Source of the DNA: a virus | Taxonomy: Duplodnaviria; Caudoviricetes | Reading direction: 5' to 3' (one strand) | Virus record (IMG/VR): IMGVR_UViG_3300009873_000004 | Span: 1 to 64,000 of that record | Length of the DNA stretch: 64,000 nucleotides | In this document: piece by piece, positions 44,828 to 53,616 of the stretch | Position numbering within the stretch: the stretch's first letter is position 1 | Layout of the letters: every line of letters begins with the position of its first letter | Program-made: the position numbers and the translations under genes | The notes under the pieces: model-generated | The model's database searches: none | Told to the model about the DNA's origin: nothing | What the model saw: only the letters and a program-made list of their open reading frames with translations

Positions 44828-45276
44828 TTTTCCGTTTCTCCACCAGCCATTGAAGGTCGTGCAGATGCCTGCACCAATAGCCGCCTTTCCTCGTTCCGGG
44901 GCGGCAGATCAGGAGCGCCTCGGCCCTGGTAATTAGACCAGCGCGTATGGCCTCCCGAGCGATGGCGTTGAAGGCTCTCCAGCACTTGATAATCGGCCGC
45001 TCGGTGGAGATAGCGGACTCGCTTACCGCCATCGAACTCGGGCGGGGCATCTCCGGCCGGATAGAGGATAAGGGTCTTGGTGCCTGCGGCGTAGTCATCG
45101 ACCACCTCGAACTCGACCCAGCCTTTGATGACGGCATCCACCAGGGCGTGGTCGAAGGTCGTCATCTCTTCCAGGTGCCGAAAGCGACTGCGAGTCAGGA
45201 CGACTTCGACTCGCCGGGTGTGGTAGATCTCCCACAGGCTGACCCCCTGGACGGTGTACTCAGCCAGTTCGTTCAC
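44824..45276 (-). CDS. hypothetical protein
   Basis: 150-aa ORF with GTGA coupling. Confidence 0.6.
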   Translation of the reverse strand: MNELAEYTVQGVSLWEIYHTRRVEVVLTRSRFRHLEEMTTFDHALVDAVIKGWVEFEVVDDYAAGTKTLILYPAGDAPPEFDGGKRVRYLHRAADYQVLESLQRHRSGGHTRWSNYQGRGAPDLPPRNEERRLLVQASARPSMAGGETEK

Positions 45277-45377
45277 GACCTTCTCCAGAAGGACCAGGCC
45301 TCCAACACAGCATAGATTGAACCGACAACCAGAGTGGCGATTACGCCCACGACGACTCCCAGAAAGAATTCAGGCAT
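45273..45377 (-). CDS. 34-aa single-pass membrane peptide (not in ORF track)
   Basis: MPEFFLGVVVGVIATLVVGSIYAVLEAWSFWRRS; overlaps both neighbours. Confidence 0.6.
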   Translation of the reverse strand: MPEFFLGVVVGVIATLVVGSIYAVLEAWSFWRRS

Positions 45378-46090
45378 CAGAACGGCACCTCCGGGAAGGC
45401 GACTTGCCCGACCAACTGGATCGGCGAGCCGCACTTGGGACAGTTGGTCAGAAACGACCAGGGCTGGTCCTGGCGAAAGTGGTACAGGATAAAGCCCAGG
45501 TTATAGGACTCCGGGCAGACCGGGCAGCGAATGGCAACCGTTTCGTTCTCGATGCGGATCCTGGCTGCCTCCCGGAACTTACGGATCTCGTTCTCGATGT
45601 TGACCTGCTCGCCTCGGGCCGCCCGGCCGATGCCCAGGGCCTGCTGCACCAGGCGGTGCTCTCGCGAGAGCGTCGTCTGTGTCTCGGACAGGTCCTTGTG
45701 ATCGCGAGCGCTTAGCCCACCCGCCCGCAATTGGGTGTCGATCTCGTCCATCTGCATCTCGATCGAAACCAGGGTTTCGAAGGAGTGCTGATCGTTTGGC
45801 GTTATGTTGGTATAGCTTTGGGTGTACTTCTCCAAACGGGCCAGGAAATTGGCCGAGCGGATGCGCTCCGCATACTTCGCCCGGCGCTCCAGAGTGTCCG
45901 GATCGACCAGGTAAGAGACGATCTCCTGCACGCCAAACCCATCGGGCCAGCGCCGCTCCAGGGCGGTGCGAGTCCCGGCATGGCGGTACGTCTTCAAGAC
46001 CGCCTCGCCTTCAATGCCTTCCGGGAGCTTGAAGGTCTCCAGTTCCTTCTTGAGCTTGGAGACGATGTTCCTAGAAAGTTTCGACGCCAT
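45377..46090 (-). CDS. hypothetical protein, terminase small subunit candidate
   Basis: Helical/coiled-coil core with C-terminal CPVC...CPKC; upstream of terL; inferred from position only. Confidence 0.45.
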   Translation of the reverse strand: MASKLSRNIVSKLKKELETFKLPEGIEGEAVLKTYRHAGTRTALERRWPDGFGVQEIVSYLVDPDTLERRAKYAERIRSANFLARLEKYTQSYTNITPNDQHSFETLVSIEMQMDEIDTQLRAGGLSARDHKDLSETQTTLSREHRLVQQALGIGRAARGEQVNIENEIRKFREAARIRIENETVAIRCPVCPESYNLGFILYHFRQDQPWSFLTNCPKCGSPIQLVGQVAFPEVPF

Positions 46091-46433
46091 ACAGGCGGAT
46101 CTCCAGCCGGGACTCGGGAGCCCAGAGTTTGCGGCCAACTTCGCTCCAGACCTGCGAGTCGTCGTAGATCAGGGCGTCTTCCACACCCTTGAGGATGTTG
46201 GTCATGTCCGGCTTCCTGCGATGCGGCTTGCCCCACAACTTGGGGTCGGAGGTCTCGAAAAAAGCATGCACCTCAATCGCCTCGGCCGTCTTGAACTTCT
46301 GGAGCCGGTTGAAGCCCGTCAGGATCGTCTTGCAGTAGTTCTGGTAATACTCCAGCACCTTCGGGCTGTGCTTGCCCCGGCTCGTCGTCCGCACGTAGCC
46401 CCTGGGGACGACGGAGATACTTGCGGCCACCAT
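46071..46433 (-). CDS. rusA: RusA-like Holliday junction resolvase
   Basis: KPDMTNILKGVEDAL..DDSQV motif; start uncertain. Confidence 0.85.
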   Translation of the reverse strand: MVAASISVVPRGYVRTTSRGKHSPKVLEYYQNYCKTILTGFNRLQKFKTAEAIEVHAFFETSDPKLWGKPHRRKPDMTNILKGVEDALIYDDSQVWSEVGRKLWAPESRLEIRLYGVETF

Positions 46434-47070
46434 CTGCGCCGGGAGATCCGTTAGTAACGTGGCCTTTGACGGGAAATTCGTGGCTGCAATCAGGGCATCG
46501 GACAAGAATGGGTTTGCGCTCATGCTTCTTCCTGACGATCTCCGTGGGCCGCCCATCGTGGTCGCGCAGGCGGCGGCTATCCATATCGCTGCACTTGCGA
46601 GAGCAATACTTCTGCCCCGCCCAGGTGAAGATGCAGATCTTGGGGCAATCGGGCCGGGCGCACTTCTCACGGCGCAAGTTGGGAGCCACAATCTGCTCAA
46701 GATTGACTCGCCTGGTCCTCTCGATCGGGATCATGGGCACTTTGAAGGCCCGGTCGTCCGGCAGGCGCTGAAAGCCTTCAGCGTCCAGTTGCCGGATCAT
46801 GTCCCGCAGGTTCTCGATGAAGTGCGGCCCCGGCTTCTCCCCCCGTTCAAAGCGGATGACCGACTGGCGCGAGTAGCCCGTCATCCGGGCCAGGCCCGCC
46901 TTGGAAATCAAGCCTGTGGACACCCGGTACTTTGTGACCCAGATCGGATCCACCGGATCGTCGTTGAGGATGTGCTCAATCGCCTCCCGATCCACATTTT
47001 CCCGGTAGATCTTGGTGGCGTTGGTCAAACGCTCCTCTGTTACATATTGAACGTCCCTGTAGCGTGGCAT
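46273..47070 (-). CDS. XRE-type HTH protein with Zn-binding motifs
   Basis: SKAGLARMTGYSRQSVIRFERG; CARPDC...YCSRKC; RCPDCSH. Confidence 0.7.
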   Translation of the reverse strand: MPRYRDVQYVTEERLTNATKIYRENVDREAIEHILNDDPVDPIWVTKYRVSTGLISKAGLARMTGYSRQSVIRFERGEKPGPHFIENLRDMIRQLDAEGFQRLPDDRAFKVPMIPIERTRRVNLEQIVAPNLRREKCARPDCPKICIFTWAGQKYCSRKCSDMDSRRLRDHDGRPTEIVRKKHERKPILVRCPDCSHEFPVKGHVTNGSPGADGGRKYLRRPQGLRADDEPGQAQPEGAGVLPELLQDDPDGLQPAPEVQDGRGD

Positions 47071-47078
47071 CGCGTGCC

Positions 47079-47107
47079 ATTGTGTGACATTTTGGACTAC
47101 GGGTCAA
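47079..47107 (-). promoter_or_regulatory. sigma70-like promoter
   Basis: TTGACC-N17-CACAAT. Confidence 0.6.
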
Positions 47108-47114
47108 GGGGGAA

Positions 47115-47159
47115 AGCAAAACGCCAGTCCTGGCTGGTAAGGTCGGCTGGCGTTTTGCT
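47115..47159 (-). terminator. intrinsic terminator
   Basis: AGCAAAACGCCAG / CTGGCGTTTTGCT inverted repeat followed by a T-rich run on the minus strand. Confidence 0.65.
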
Positions 47160-47348
47160 GGAGCAGATTGGCGTCGGTTAGGACTATAACGGATAGCGTG
47201 TAGGAGAGTCAATGACGGGTTTGTAATCCACAGGTTAACAACCCGTTACAAATGGACTGGCCCCTGAGTCGTCACTTGGATGTGCGCCCAGGGGCCAGTT
47301 GCCCACACGAAGATCCCGCAGCACCGCGAGACCGAAGGACGAAGGGGA

Positions 47349-47567
47349 TTATAGGCCTGGCGCGGGCAGGTTGTCAACGACGAAGACATCCCAATAAGCG
47401 ACGACCTTCTCCAGTTCGGTGATGGCAACGGCGACGTGACGGCCGTAAGCGTTCCAGGCGGACAGGTCCTTGGCCTGATCGCGCAGGCTGGCGTGGACGT
47501 CGCGGTACTGGCGCATAGAGCCCAGCGTGGCGTACAGGGACTGGAGAATCGACTCGGGGTCATTCAT
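47349..47567 (-). CDS. hypothetical protein
   Basis: MNDPESIL start with RBS AGGAGGAG. Confidence 0.65.
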   Translation of the reverse strand: MNDPESILQSLYATLGSMRQYRDVHASLRDQAKDLSAWNAYGRHVAVAITELEKVVAYWDVFVVDNLPAPGL

Positions 47568-48419
47568 TCTGGGAACTCCTCCTGGTGAAAGAGCAGACCC
47601 CAGCGCTGAGTGAGGGGGGCACTCAGAAGCCGGGGCTGCACGGCAGATGGTAAGCCAGGGCAGGGGGATTGTCAAGAGTCCATCCGCATGGCAGGTTGAT
47701 GGCCCCAAGCCGGTGCGAACTCGTTGCGGATGGGTGGTGGGAGCTTGCGAGTTCCAAGCTCTAGAAGTATAGCAGAGCGCTGGGGCGGGTCTTTGAAGCA
47801 GCGACGGTATGGATCCTTACGTCGTTTCCGGTTATTTCAACCCGCAGCCTGAACCCCTCGCTTCGAAGGCGGATGGAGTATAGCAGAGATCGGGGCAGGC
47901 GGATCTTCTCCCAGTGATCCCTTCGCCAGGTCGGGTGTCCGGAAGTCGCGGATGCTGTGGCTCGCTGACCGTGTGCCCTGGCACCTGCCCCTAATAGCTA
48001 TTCGCCCGAGCGTCACAAAACCGGAAAGGGAGTGTATGATCAACCTGACACATCCGGTGCGCCAGGAGAAGTGGCTCCAAAGCGCTGGGCATCCCCAATC
48101 CGGACACGGAAGCCTGTCACCGTGAATTCGGAGCCTGTCGAAAGATGGGCTCCTTTTCATTTGGGCAGGCAGCGTTATGTGAAGGTGGGGATTTTGGGGG
48201 GTTCAAGTTGTGCGAGGGACTACCTGGGCCTGCCTCGCTGCGAAGCTGGCGAGTGTGGCGCACATGGGGGGGGGTCTGTAATCGCGTCAGAATGGCCCAC
48301 GTTCGTTTTGGCGTCTCTAGCTCCGCACTACTGCGATTAGGCCCATCCTAGGCCCGCCTGACGCGATTGTGAGCATGTCTAGGCGACAGTCACAAGCCAC
48401 CGTGCGGCCAAGTGTATTT

Positions 48420-48920
48420 GTGTCGCTTGACCGTGTGTTGTAGGATGTTTTTTGCCTGACCCATCGCGGGTTTGGCCTTGGCGTCATGCGCCATGGTTCC
48501 TTGATAATTCTGCTAGGGGTGGGGTCAGGCAAAGGTTTCGAGTCTGACCCCTGGCCGAATCGACGTTCGGTCACTGGCCCACTACGCGCATATCGCAAGC
48601 ACGCGAACCTGACCCCGGTCAGGCAGAACCGACGGGAGTTTACATAAAGTGACCCCGTTCTAGATCAAGGTTCTCGTGCTTAGGTCAGATGGTAGGGATC
48701 ATTCTGACCCCGTGGGGAATTGTGTTGTCAGCCAATAGCAGATGGAACCCGTTGTTCCTTACCAGTCGCATAGCTAGGTTAGTTAGGTGACCCACCCCTG
48801 GCCCATAGGCGCATAGGGACTAGCCCACTAACCCATCTTGACGCTAGGTCAGACCCCGGAAGGGGTCATAGTCTAGGGGTCAGGGGTGGGTCACTTAACT
48901 ACGCGGGGTCTGACCCACCC
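48420..48920. repeat. dense TGACCC/GGGTCA repeat field in the divergent non-coding region
   Basis: 11 exact hexamers (48457, 48522, 48545, 48610, 48650, 48705, 48788, 48863, 48877, 48888, 48911) plus TGACC/GGTCA variants. Confidence 0.8.
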
Positions 48921-48946
48921 CGCACTAATGCCCATAGGAGGCAAAC

Positions 48947-49552
48947 ATGGCACGGAATAGCAAAACGCATCGGTTTTTCGCGGAACCTCTGGAATCACTT
49001 CCGGAAGTGGTCACGTTCTTAAACAAGCACCACAAGTACGGAACCGGGGTTACCGCGACTAGCAAAGACGGCGCGAATGTCAGCCTGACCGCCAAAGGAC
49101 AGATTGAGTTCGCGCAAGGAACCCGGCGCCTGACCTACAGCCTAACCATGGCGGGGCCGTTCGCCAAGCTTGGCGAATTGCCCAACACTCGGGGTCAGGC
49201 AGAATTTGACCGTAACGCGACGGTCAAGAACGTGGGTCAGGTAGAATTCCGGCTTGACTGGCCCGAAGTGGCTTATGGCCCGCGCATGATGCGCCAAGCG
49301 GAAAAGAACGGGTTTGACAAGTGGTACGGTTCGGAGGTACTTCACTTCCGAAATGGCGAATTGACCGTCAAGTATTCCGCCGTCATCACCCCGGTCAAGG
49401 CCGATGTCATCATGGGGACCGATGAGAAATTGGTTTCCAAGCCACTTGACGACAAGGCCCGCCAGTACCAGAGGACGGAAGTGGTCGCCAAGGAACTGAC
49501 CGAACCCAAACCCACCCCGAACGGCGCGACGGAACCCGAACCCACCAACTAA
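48947..49552 (+). CDS. hypothetical early protein (first gene of the + arm)
   Basis: 201 aa; RBS AGGAGG. Confidence 0.8.
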   Translation: MARNSKTHRFFAEPLESLPEVVTFLNKHHKYGTGVTATSKDGANVSLTAKGQIEFAQGTRRLTYSLTMAGPFAKLGELPNTRGQAEFDRNATVKNVGQVEFRLDWPEVAYGPRMMRQAEKNGFDKWYGSEVLHFRNGELTVKYSAVITPVKADVIMGTDEKLVSKPLDDKARQYQRTEVVAKELTEPKPTPNGATEPEPTN

Positions 49553-49571
49553 CCTAGTATGCGACTGGCCC

Positions 49572-49606
49572 AAACTGGCCCACCCCGTTCGGGGTGGGCC
49601 AGTTTT
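49572..49606 (+). terminator. intrinsic terminator
   Basis: AAACTGGCCCACCCC-GTTC-GGGGTGGGCCAGTTT. Confidence 0.8.
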
Positions 49607-49647
49607 GATTCCCCACCCCACCCCATAACCGCATAGGAGGCTGACCC

Positions 49648-50082
49648 ATGGCCCACCCCGCCTATAACGATGACTGGCGGAACCATGGCGCTAGGCCCGC
49701 GCATAGCAAGCCGGTTGACCCACCCCACCCATGGGAAAAGAATGGGTGGCGCGAGTCTGACTGGGAAGAATTGCGGGCTATCCGCGCCGACGACAAACGC
49801 CACAAAACCGAAGAACTGGCGCAATCCGCTATTGACCGCGCCGAAAAACGCGAAAAGGAATTGATCCGCATCGCCAGACGCGGGCTATCCGACAATGATC
49901 GCCTGTATACCTACGCGGAATTGATCGCTAGTCTACGCTCTAACCGAGAGCAACTTATCTGGGAATTGAATATCGCCCGAACCGCAAACGTCCTTAGCAA
50001 GCGGATTCCCGATCCGGAACCCTGGAAGACCGTCGAATTCCTGGCGCATCTGCTACTGACCCTATCCGACAAGCAAATCTAA
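49648..50082 (+). CDS. hypothetical early protein
   Basis: 144 aa; RBS AGGAGG. Confidence 0.75.
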   Translation: MAHPAYNDDWRNHGARPAHSKPVDPPHPWEKNGWRESDWEELRAIRADDKRHKTEELAQSAIDRAEKREKELIRIARRGLSDNDRLYTYAELIASLRSNREQLIWELNIARTANVLSKRIPDPEPWKTVEFLAHLLLTLSDKQI

Positions 50083-50163
50083 TCCGCACTGCAAACGAGG
50101 GCCGCAAGGCCCTTTTTTGCGTTAAGCAACCGGCGTTTTCTATCCGCGCACTGGAGGTGCAAT

Positions 50164-50325
50164 ATGCTTATTCTCGCAGTATCCGCCGTCACCCTGCTTA
50201 TTTGGTGGCGCATCAACTGTTGGCGCGAAGATCAGCGCCAAAAGCAGTATCCGCGCATCCGCGCCAATACCGTCCTGGACTGGCGCTATCCGCGCCAGAA
50301 CTCCGACCAGGGATCTATGTGGTAG
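50164..50325 (+). CDS. small membrane protein
   Basis: MLILAVSAVTLLIWWR; RBS GGAGG. Confidence 0.6.
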   Translation: MLILAVSAVTLLIWWRINCWREDQRQKQYPRIRANTVLDWRYPRQNSDQGSMW

Positions 50326-50339
50326 TTCCAAATCTGGAA
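50326..50339. promoter_or_regulatory. 14-bp palindromic site, copy 6 (TTCCAAATCTGGAA)
   Basis: Directly after a TAG stop; reverse orientation relative to the minus-arm copies. Confidence 0.65.
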
Positions 50340-50436
50340 CTATCCGCGTTGGGGCAGGGAAGGGCGATTGTGCCTCTCCCTGCCCCTTTTTTGTTTAAGT
50401 AACCGGCACTATCCGCGCACAGAAAAGGAGATCAAC

Positions 50437-50625
50437 ATGGGCATTGATCGGGCATTCGCGGTTGTCATTTCCTGGGAGAACGGCGCTTCAACCGTATTCG
50501 GCCAGGACAACGACTCCAGCGGCGAGGGGCACTACGCTGCCGTTTACGCACCGGACGGCATTATCCGCTGGCCGATGTACGACACCGGCTGCGATCCGAC
50601 CGAAGTCACCGAACTCGACTTCTAG
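50437..50625 (+). CDS. small acidic hypothetical protein
   Basis: RBS AAGGAG; MGIDRAFAVVISW. Confidence 0.65.
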   Translation: MGIDRAFAVVISWENGASTVFGQDNDSSGEGHYAAVYAPDGIIRWPMYDTGCDPTEVTELDF

Positions 50626-51322
50626 GCCCTATCCCGGCCGCTAAAACGGGCTGCATCGCGCAGCCCGTTTTGCATTTAAGTAACCCGCGTTTTATCAGCA
50701 CAAGTAGTATCCGCGCCGCACCCAGCTTCCCAGAAAGGAGATGCGCCCATTAAATTTATCCCGGTAGGGTGAACTACCTGAGGGCTTGCACTTCAGGCCA
50801 CAATCGCATATCGCACTAGAAGATCCCTTACAAGGGACTCGGGACTGCGCTTTCTCTATAGGCTGTGCCCGTAAACAATTCGCGCATCTCAGACGCGATT
50901 CACAATCAAGTATCTGGACCCGGAAGGTATGGCCGAAGCAGACTGTCACCGGGTAATGAAATCAGCTTGCTTACGGGGCGTCCTGGGCCTGTATGACGGC
51001 AGGCAGGCGTCAACACCCATCTATCCCGTCATTAGGTAGCCTGTTGGACGTGAGGGTCCCAGCCCTGCCAGGCTATCGAAGCAAAACAGCCCGCCCTGGG
51101 AGGCGGGCTGTTTTGCATTTAAGACACCCGCTATCCGGGAAGCGATCGGACTCCCGGAACACGACTCGCCACAGGCAGGTGGATCCCTGGAAAGATCTCT
51201 CGCCGAGTCGCGTTGCCGACTGCCCGCCCACTCACCCTCTCAACCCCATCCGCAGCACCCTGGCCGGATCTCTGTGTCCGGCCTTTTTGTTTTAAGTAAC
51301 TCGCTATCCCGGAAAGGAGATT

Positions 51323-51427
51323 ATGGACGAGGACATCCGCTACCTCATTGGGCAGACCCGCACCCGCTATCTGCGGATCATTCTATTCGTGGCCCTGGTC
51401 CTGGCGACCAAGGTCGCGGGAGGCTAA
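51323..51427 (+). CDS. small membrane peptide
   Basis: RBS AAAGGAG; hydrophobic C-terminus. Confidence 0.55.
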   Translation: MDEDIRYLIGQTRTRYLRIILFVALVLATKVAGG

Positions 51428-51429
51428 CC

Positions 51430-51717
51430 ATGAATTGTGACAAGTGCGGCCATCCGGTCGCCCAGCACGAGGACGCAACCTGGCTGGACGCGATCGCGAA
51501 TGACAATCCCATCGTCATCCTGTTCAATCAGGCACGGCATATTCGCTGCTCGCCCTCGCGAGCCCAATTCATCGTCCATCCGGCTTTCGAGCCTGTTGTC
51601 GATGATCGTCCTGAATACGACAAGCGCCTGCTCGCCTCGAAGGATGCCCATCACCTGGAAATGCACTGCACCCAGGCCTGGGTGCAGCTTCAGCACCATT
51701 GCGGCATGGAGGTGTAG
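51430..51717 (+). CDS. hypothetical Zn-binding protein
   Basis: CDKCGH...HIRCSP. Confidence 0.7.
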   Translation: MNCDKCGHPVAQHEDATWLDAIANDNPIVILFNQARHIRCSPSRAQFIVHPAFEPVVDDRPEYDKRLLASKDAHHLEMHCTQAWVQLQHHCGMEV

Positions 51718-51719
51718 CC

Positions 51720-51923
51720 ATGTTCCAACTCTACAACCGAGAAGCCGAAGGCGTTCCGCCAGGGACGGACCTGACTCCTTTCCTGGTCTGGGAAGGCGAC
51801 TACGACGCTATGATGGCCTATCTGCGCCAGGCGGGCGATCCCACCGGCGCAACCTTCGTGATCGCCTACACGCCCGCCCTGCTGTGGCGGGTGCTGTATC
51901 AGCCCGAGCAGTTGTTCGTCTAA
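51720..51923 (+). CDS. hypothetical protein
   Basis: RBS GGAGG. Confidence 0.65.
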   Translation: MFQLYNREAEGVPPGTDLTPFLVWEGDYDAMMAYLRQAGDPTGATFVIAYTPALLWRVLYQPEQLFV

Positions 51924-51936
51924 GAACAGGAGACCC

Positions 51937-52131
51937 ATGACCACCAAAACCAGAGGCAAGCTATCCCGCACCCGGCGCAAGATCGGCGCGTTGGAGCGCC
52001 AGATCACCTTCGATACCGCCCGCCTGGCAGAGGCCAATGCCCGGCCCGACCAGTACTGGGATCGCATTCAGACGCTCAACAAGCGCCTGGAGCGCAACAT
52101 CCAGGCCCTGAAGAAGATCAACGCCATCTGA
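51937..52131 (+). CDS. basic coiled-coil hypothetical protein
   Basis: RBS AGGAG. Confidence 0.65.
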   Translation: MTTKTRGKLSRTRRKIGALERQITFDTARLAEANARPDQYWDRIQTLNKRLERNIQALKKINAI

Positions 52132-52242
52132 TCCGTTCGTCCCAAAAACGGGCTGGGCCTTGTGTCCCAGCCCGTTTTTGCTTTAAGCTGACGCCACCAC
52201 CCAAAGTATCTGTTGGCGTCAATTACATATCGGGAGGCCACC

Positions 52243-52374
52243 ATGCCCACTCGGGAAGATTGGATCATTCTCTTCGAGATGATCCTGGCACTCGGCCTGA
52301 CCCTGGCCTGCGTGTTGGGGATCAGTGCCGCCTATCTGGCCTGCCACCAGTGGATGCCCGCCCTGTGCGGGTAA
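52243..52374 (+). CDS. small membrane peptide
   Basis: RBS GGAGG; one TM helix. Confidence 0.55.
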   Translation: MPTREDWIILFEMILALGLTLACVLGISAAYLACHQWMPALCG

Positions 52375-52386
52375 GGGAGAATGCCC

Positions 52387-52506
52387 ATGGAAAAAGATAG
52401 CTACGAACGCTTTGTAATTCACCTGTGCATTGGCATTGGCACGCTGGCCTTTTCGGGCATGCTCTACGCCCTGGGCCAGGTCATCGCTATTCTGAAGGGA
52501 GGCTAA
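52387..52506 (+). CDS. small membrane peptide
   Basis: RBS GGGAG; one TM helix. Confidence 0.5.
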   Translation: MEKDSYERFVIHLCIGIGTLAFSGMLYALGQVIAILKGG

Positions 52507-52507
52507 C

Positions 52508-52696
52508 GTGGAAGAAAAGACTGTTTCGTTCGTATTCCGGGGCAGCCCGGAAGCCCTGGAGCGCCTGCACGATCGCATTATTGGCGCGACCAACATCATC
52601 GAAAACCTGCATGGCCTGAAGATCGAAATGGTCGGGCCGTTCGACGAGGAGACGGAAGATGGGCCGCAAACCCCCGAATCCGAAGAACGGCGCTGA
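52508..52696 (+). CDS. hypothetical protein
   Basis: GTG start with RBS GGAGG. Confidence 0.6.
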   Translation: MEEKTVSFVFRGSPEALERLHDRIIGATNIIENLHGLKIEMVGPFDEETEDGPQTPESEERR

Positions 52697-52898
52697 GACT
52701 ATCCGCTATGCTGAGCACCACCCCGACTTGCGCTCCATGCGCTGCGAGGGCGACCACTTCACCTTCGAAGGCCCTGACGGCCGCATGACGGCTACCAATT
52801 CCAAGTGGGAGTATCCGGGCTGGCTGCGCAAGAAAGTCGTCCGCCAGTTGATCGCGATCGGTCTGGGAGTCCTGGCCGTGTTGTGGATGCTGCCATGA
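52659..52898 (+). CDS. HicA-like protein (candidate)
   Basis: G.E.I.......R.EGDHF.F..P.G......EYP..LRK..VRQL resembles the HicA GSH pattern. Confidence 0.45.
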   Translation: MGRKPPNPKNGAETIRYAEHHPDLRSMRCEGDHFTFEGPDGRMTATNSKWEYPGWLRKKVVRQLIAIGLGVLAVLWMLP

Positions 52899-53023
52899 GC
52901 CTGCACAAGCAATTGGAACCACTGAACGATCCGGAGGCGCTGCCCGAGCAGGGCTGCTGCCTCGTCTGGTTCGTGATCATAATGGCGCTGGTCGCGCTGC
53001 TGGCCCGCGCCCTGGGCTACTAG
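52895..53023 (+). CDS. small membrane peptide
   Basis: ATGA coupling; hydrophobic C-terminus. Confidence 0.5.
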   Translation: MSLHKQLEPLNDPEALPEQGCCLVWFVIIMALVALLARALGY

Positions 53024-53024
53024 C

Positions 53025-53279
53025 ATGTTCCCCATTCCTCATCCGCCCGGCAGCGCCCTGGAATACGGTCAGGTGCTGGAGCGCGTCTTATCCGGCTGGG
53101 TGCTATTCGGACCCGACACCGAGTTCCACCGCTCCGAACATGGCACCGACTTGCACGTTGTCGTTTATTCGCTCAGGCTGCATGTGGCTTGCCACGAAGC
53201 GGTGCTCTTCATGCACCTGGACCAGTGGCAGGCCATGGGCGTGGATCCACAACTGGTCTGGAAGCGTTCCTGGAAATAG
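53025..53279 (+). CDS. hypothetical protein
   Basis: ORF followed by a hairpin module. Confidence 0.6.
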   Translation: MFPIPHPPGSALEYGQVLERVLSGWVLFGPDTEFHRSEHGTDLHVVVYSLRLHVACHEAVLFMHLDQWQAMGVDPQLVWKRSWK

Positions 53280-53445
53280 ATCTCCAACTCAAACGGCCCT
53301 CCAAGATGCGGAGGGCCGTTTTTGTTTTAAGCAACAGAAGTCTCTATCCGCACAGGAGAAAACCCATGCTAATCTTCTTCATTGGCCTGATCGTCGCCGT
53401 GGCTGCGGGCTATCTGGTCTTCAGCCTGACCCATTCGGAGATCCC

Positions 53446-53616
53446 ATGAGCATGTTTGGCGACGGACCCAAGCAACAATTGTACGAAGCGATCCGCTACA
53501 ACGGACCCGACTGGCGCGATCTGACCCTGGCCCAGTTCCTGGTGATGGTCCTGGACGTTGTCCGCGCCATCGTCGAGTACCACCAATCCGACTTTTTCCC
53601 GGAGAGCCAGCCATGA
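53446..53616 (+). CDS. hypothetical protein
   Basis: MSMFGDGPK; coupled to the next gene. Confidence 0.55.
   Translation: MSMFGDGPKQQLYEAIRYNGPDWRDLTLAQFLVMVLDVVRAIVEYHQSDFFPESQP

Noticed and set aside
48420-48920. CRISPR array or mini-array
   Set aside because: Repeats are 5-9 bp, in both orientations and irregularly spaced, with no repeat-spacer periodicity
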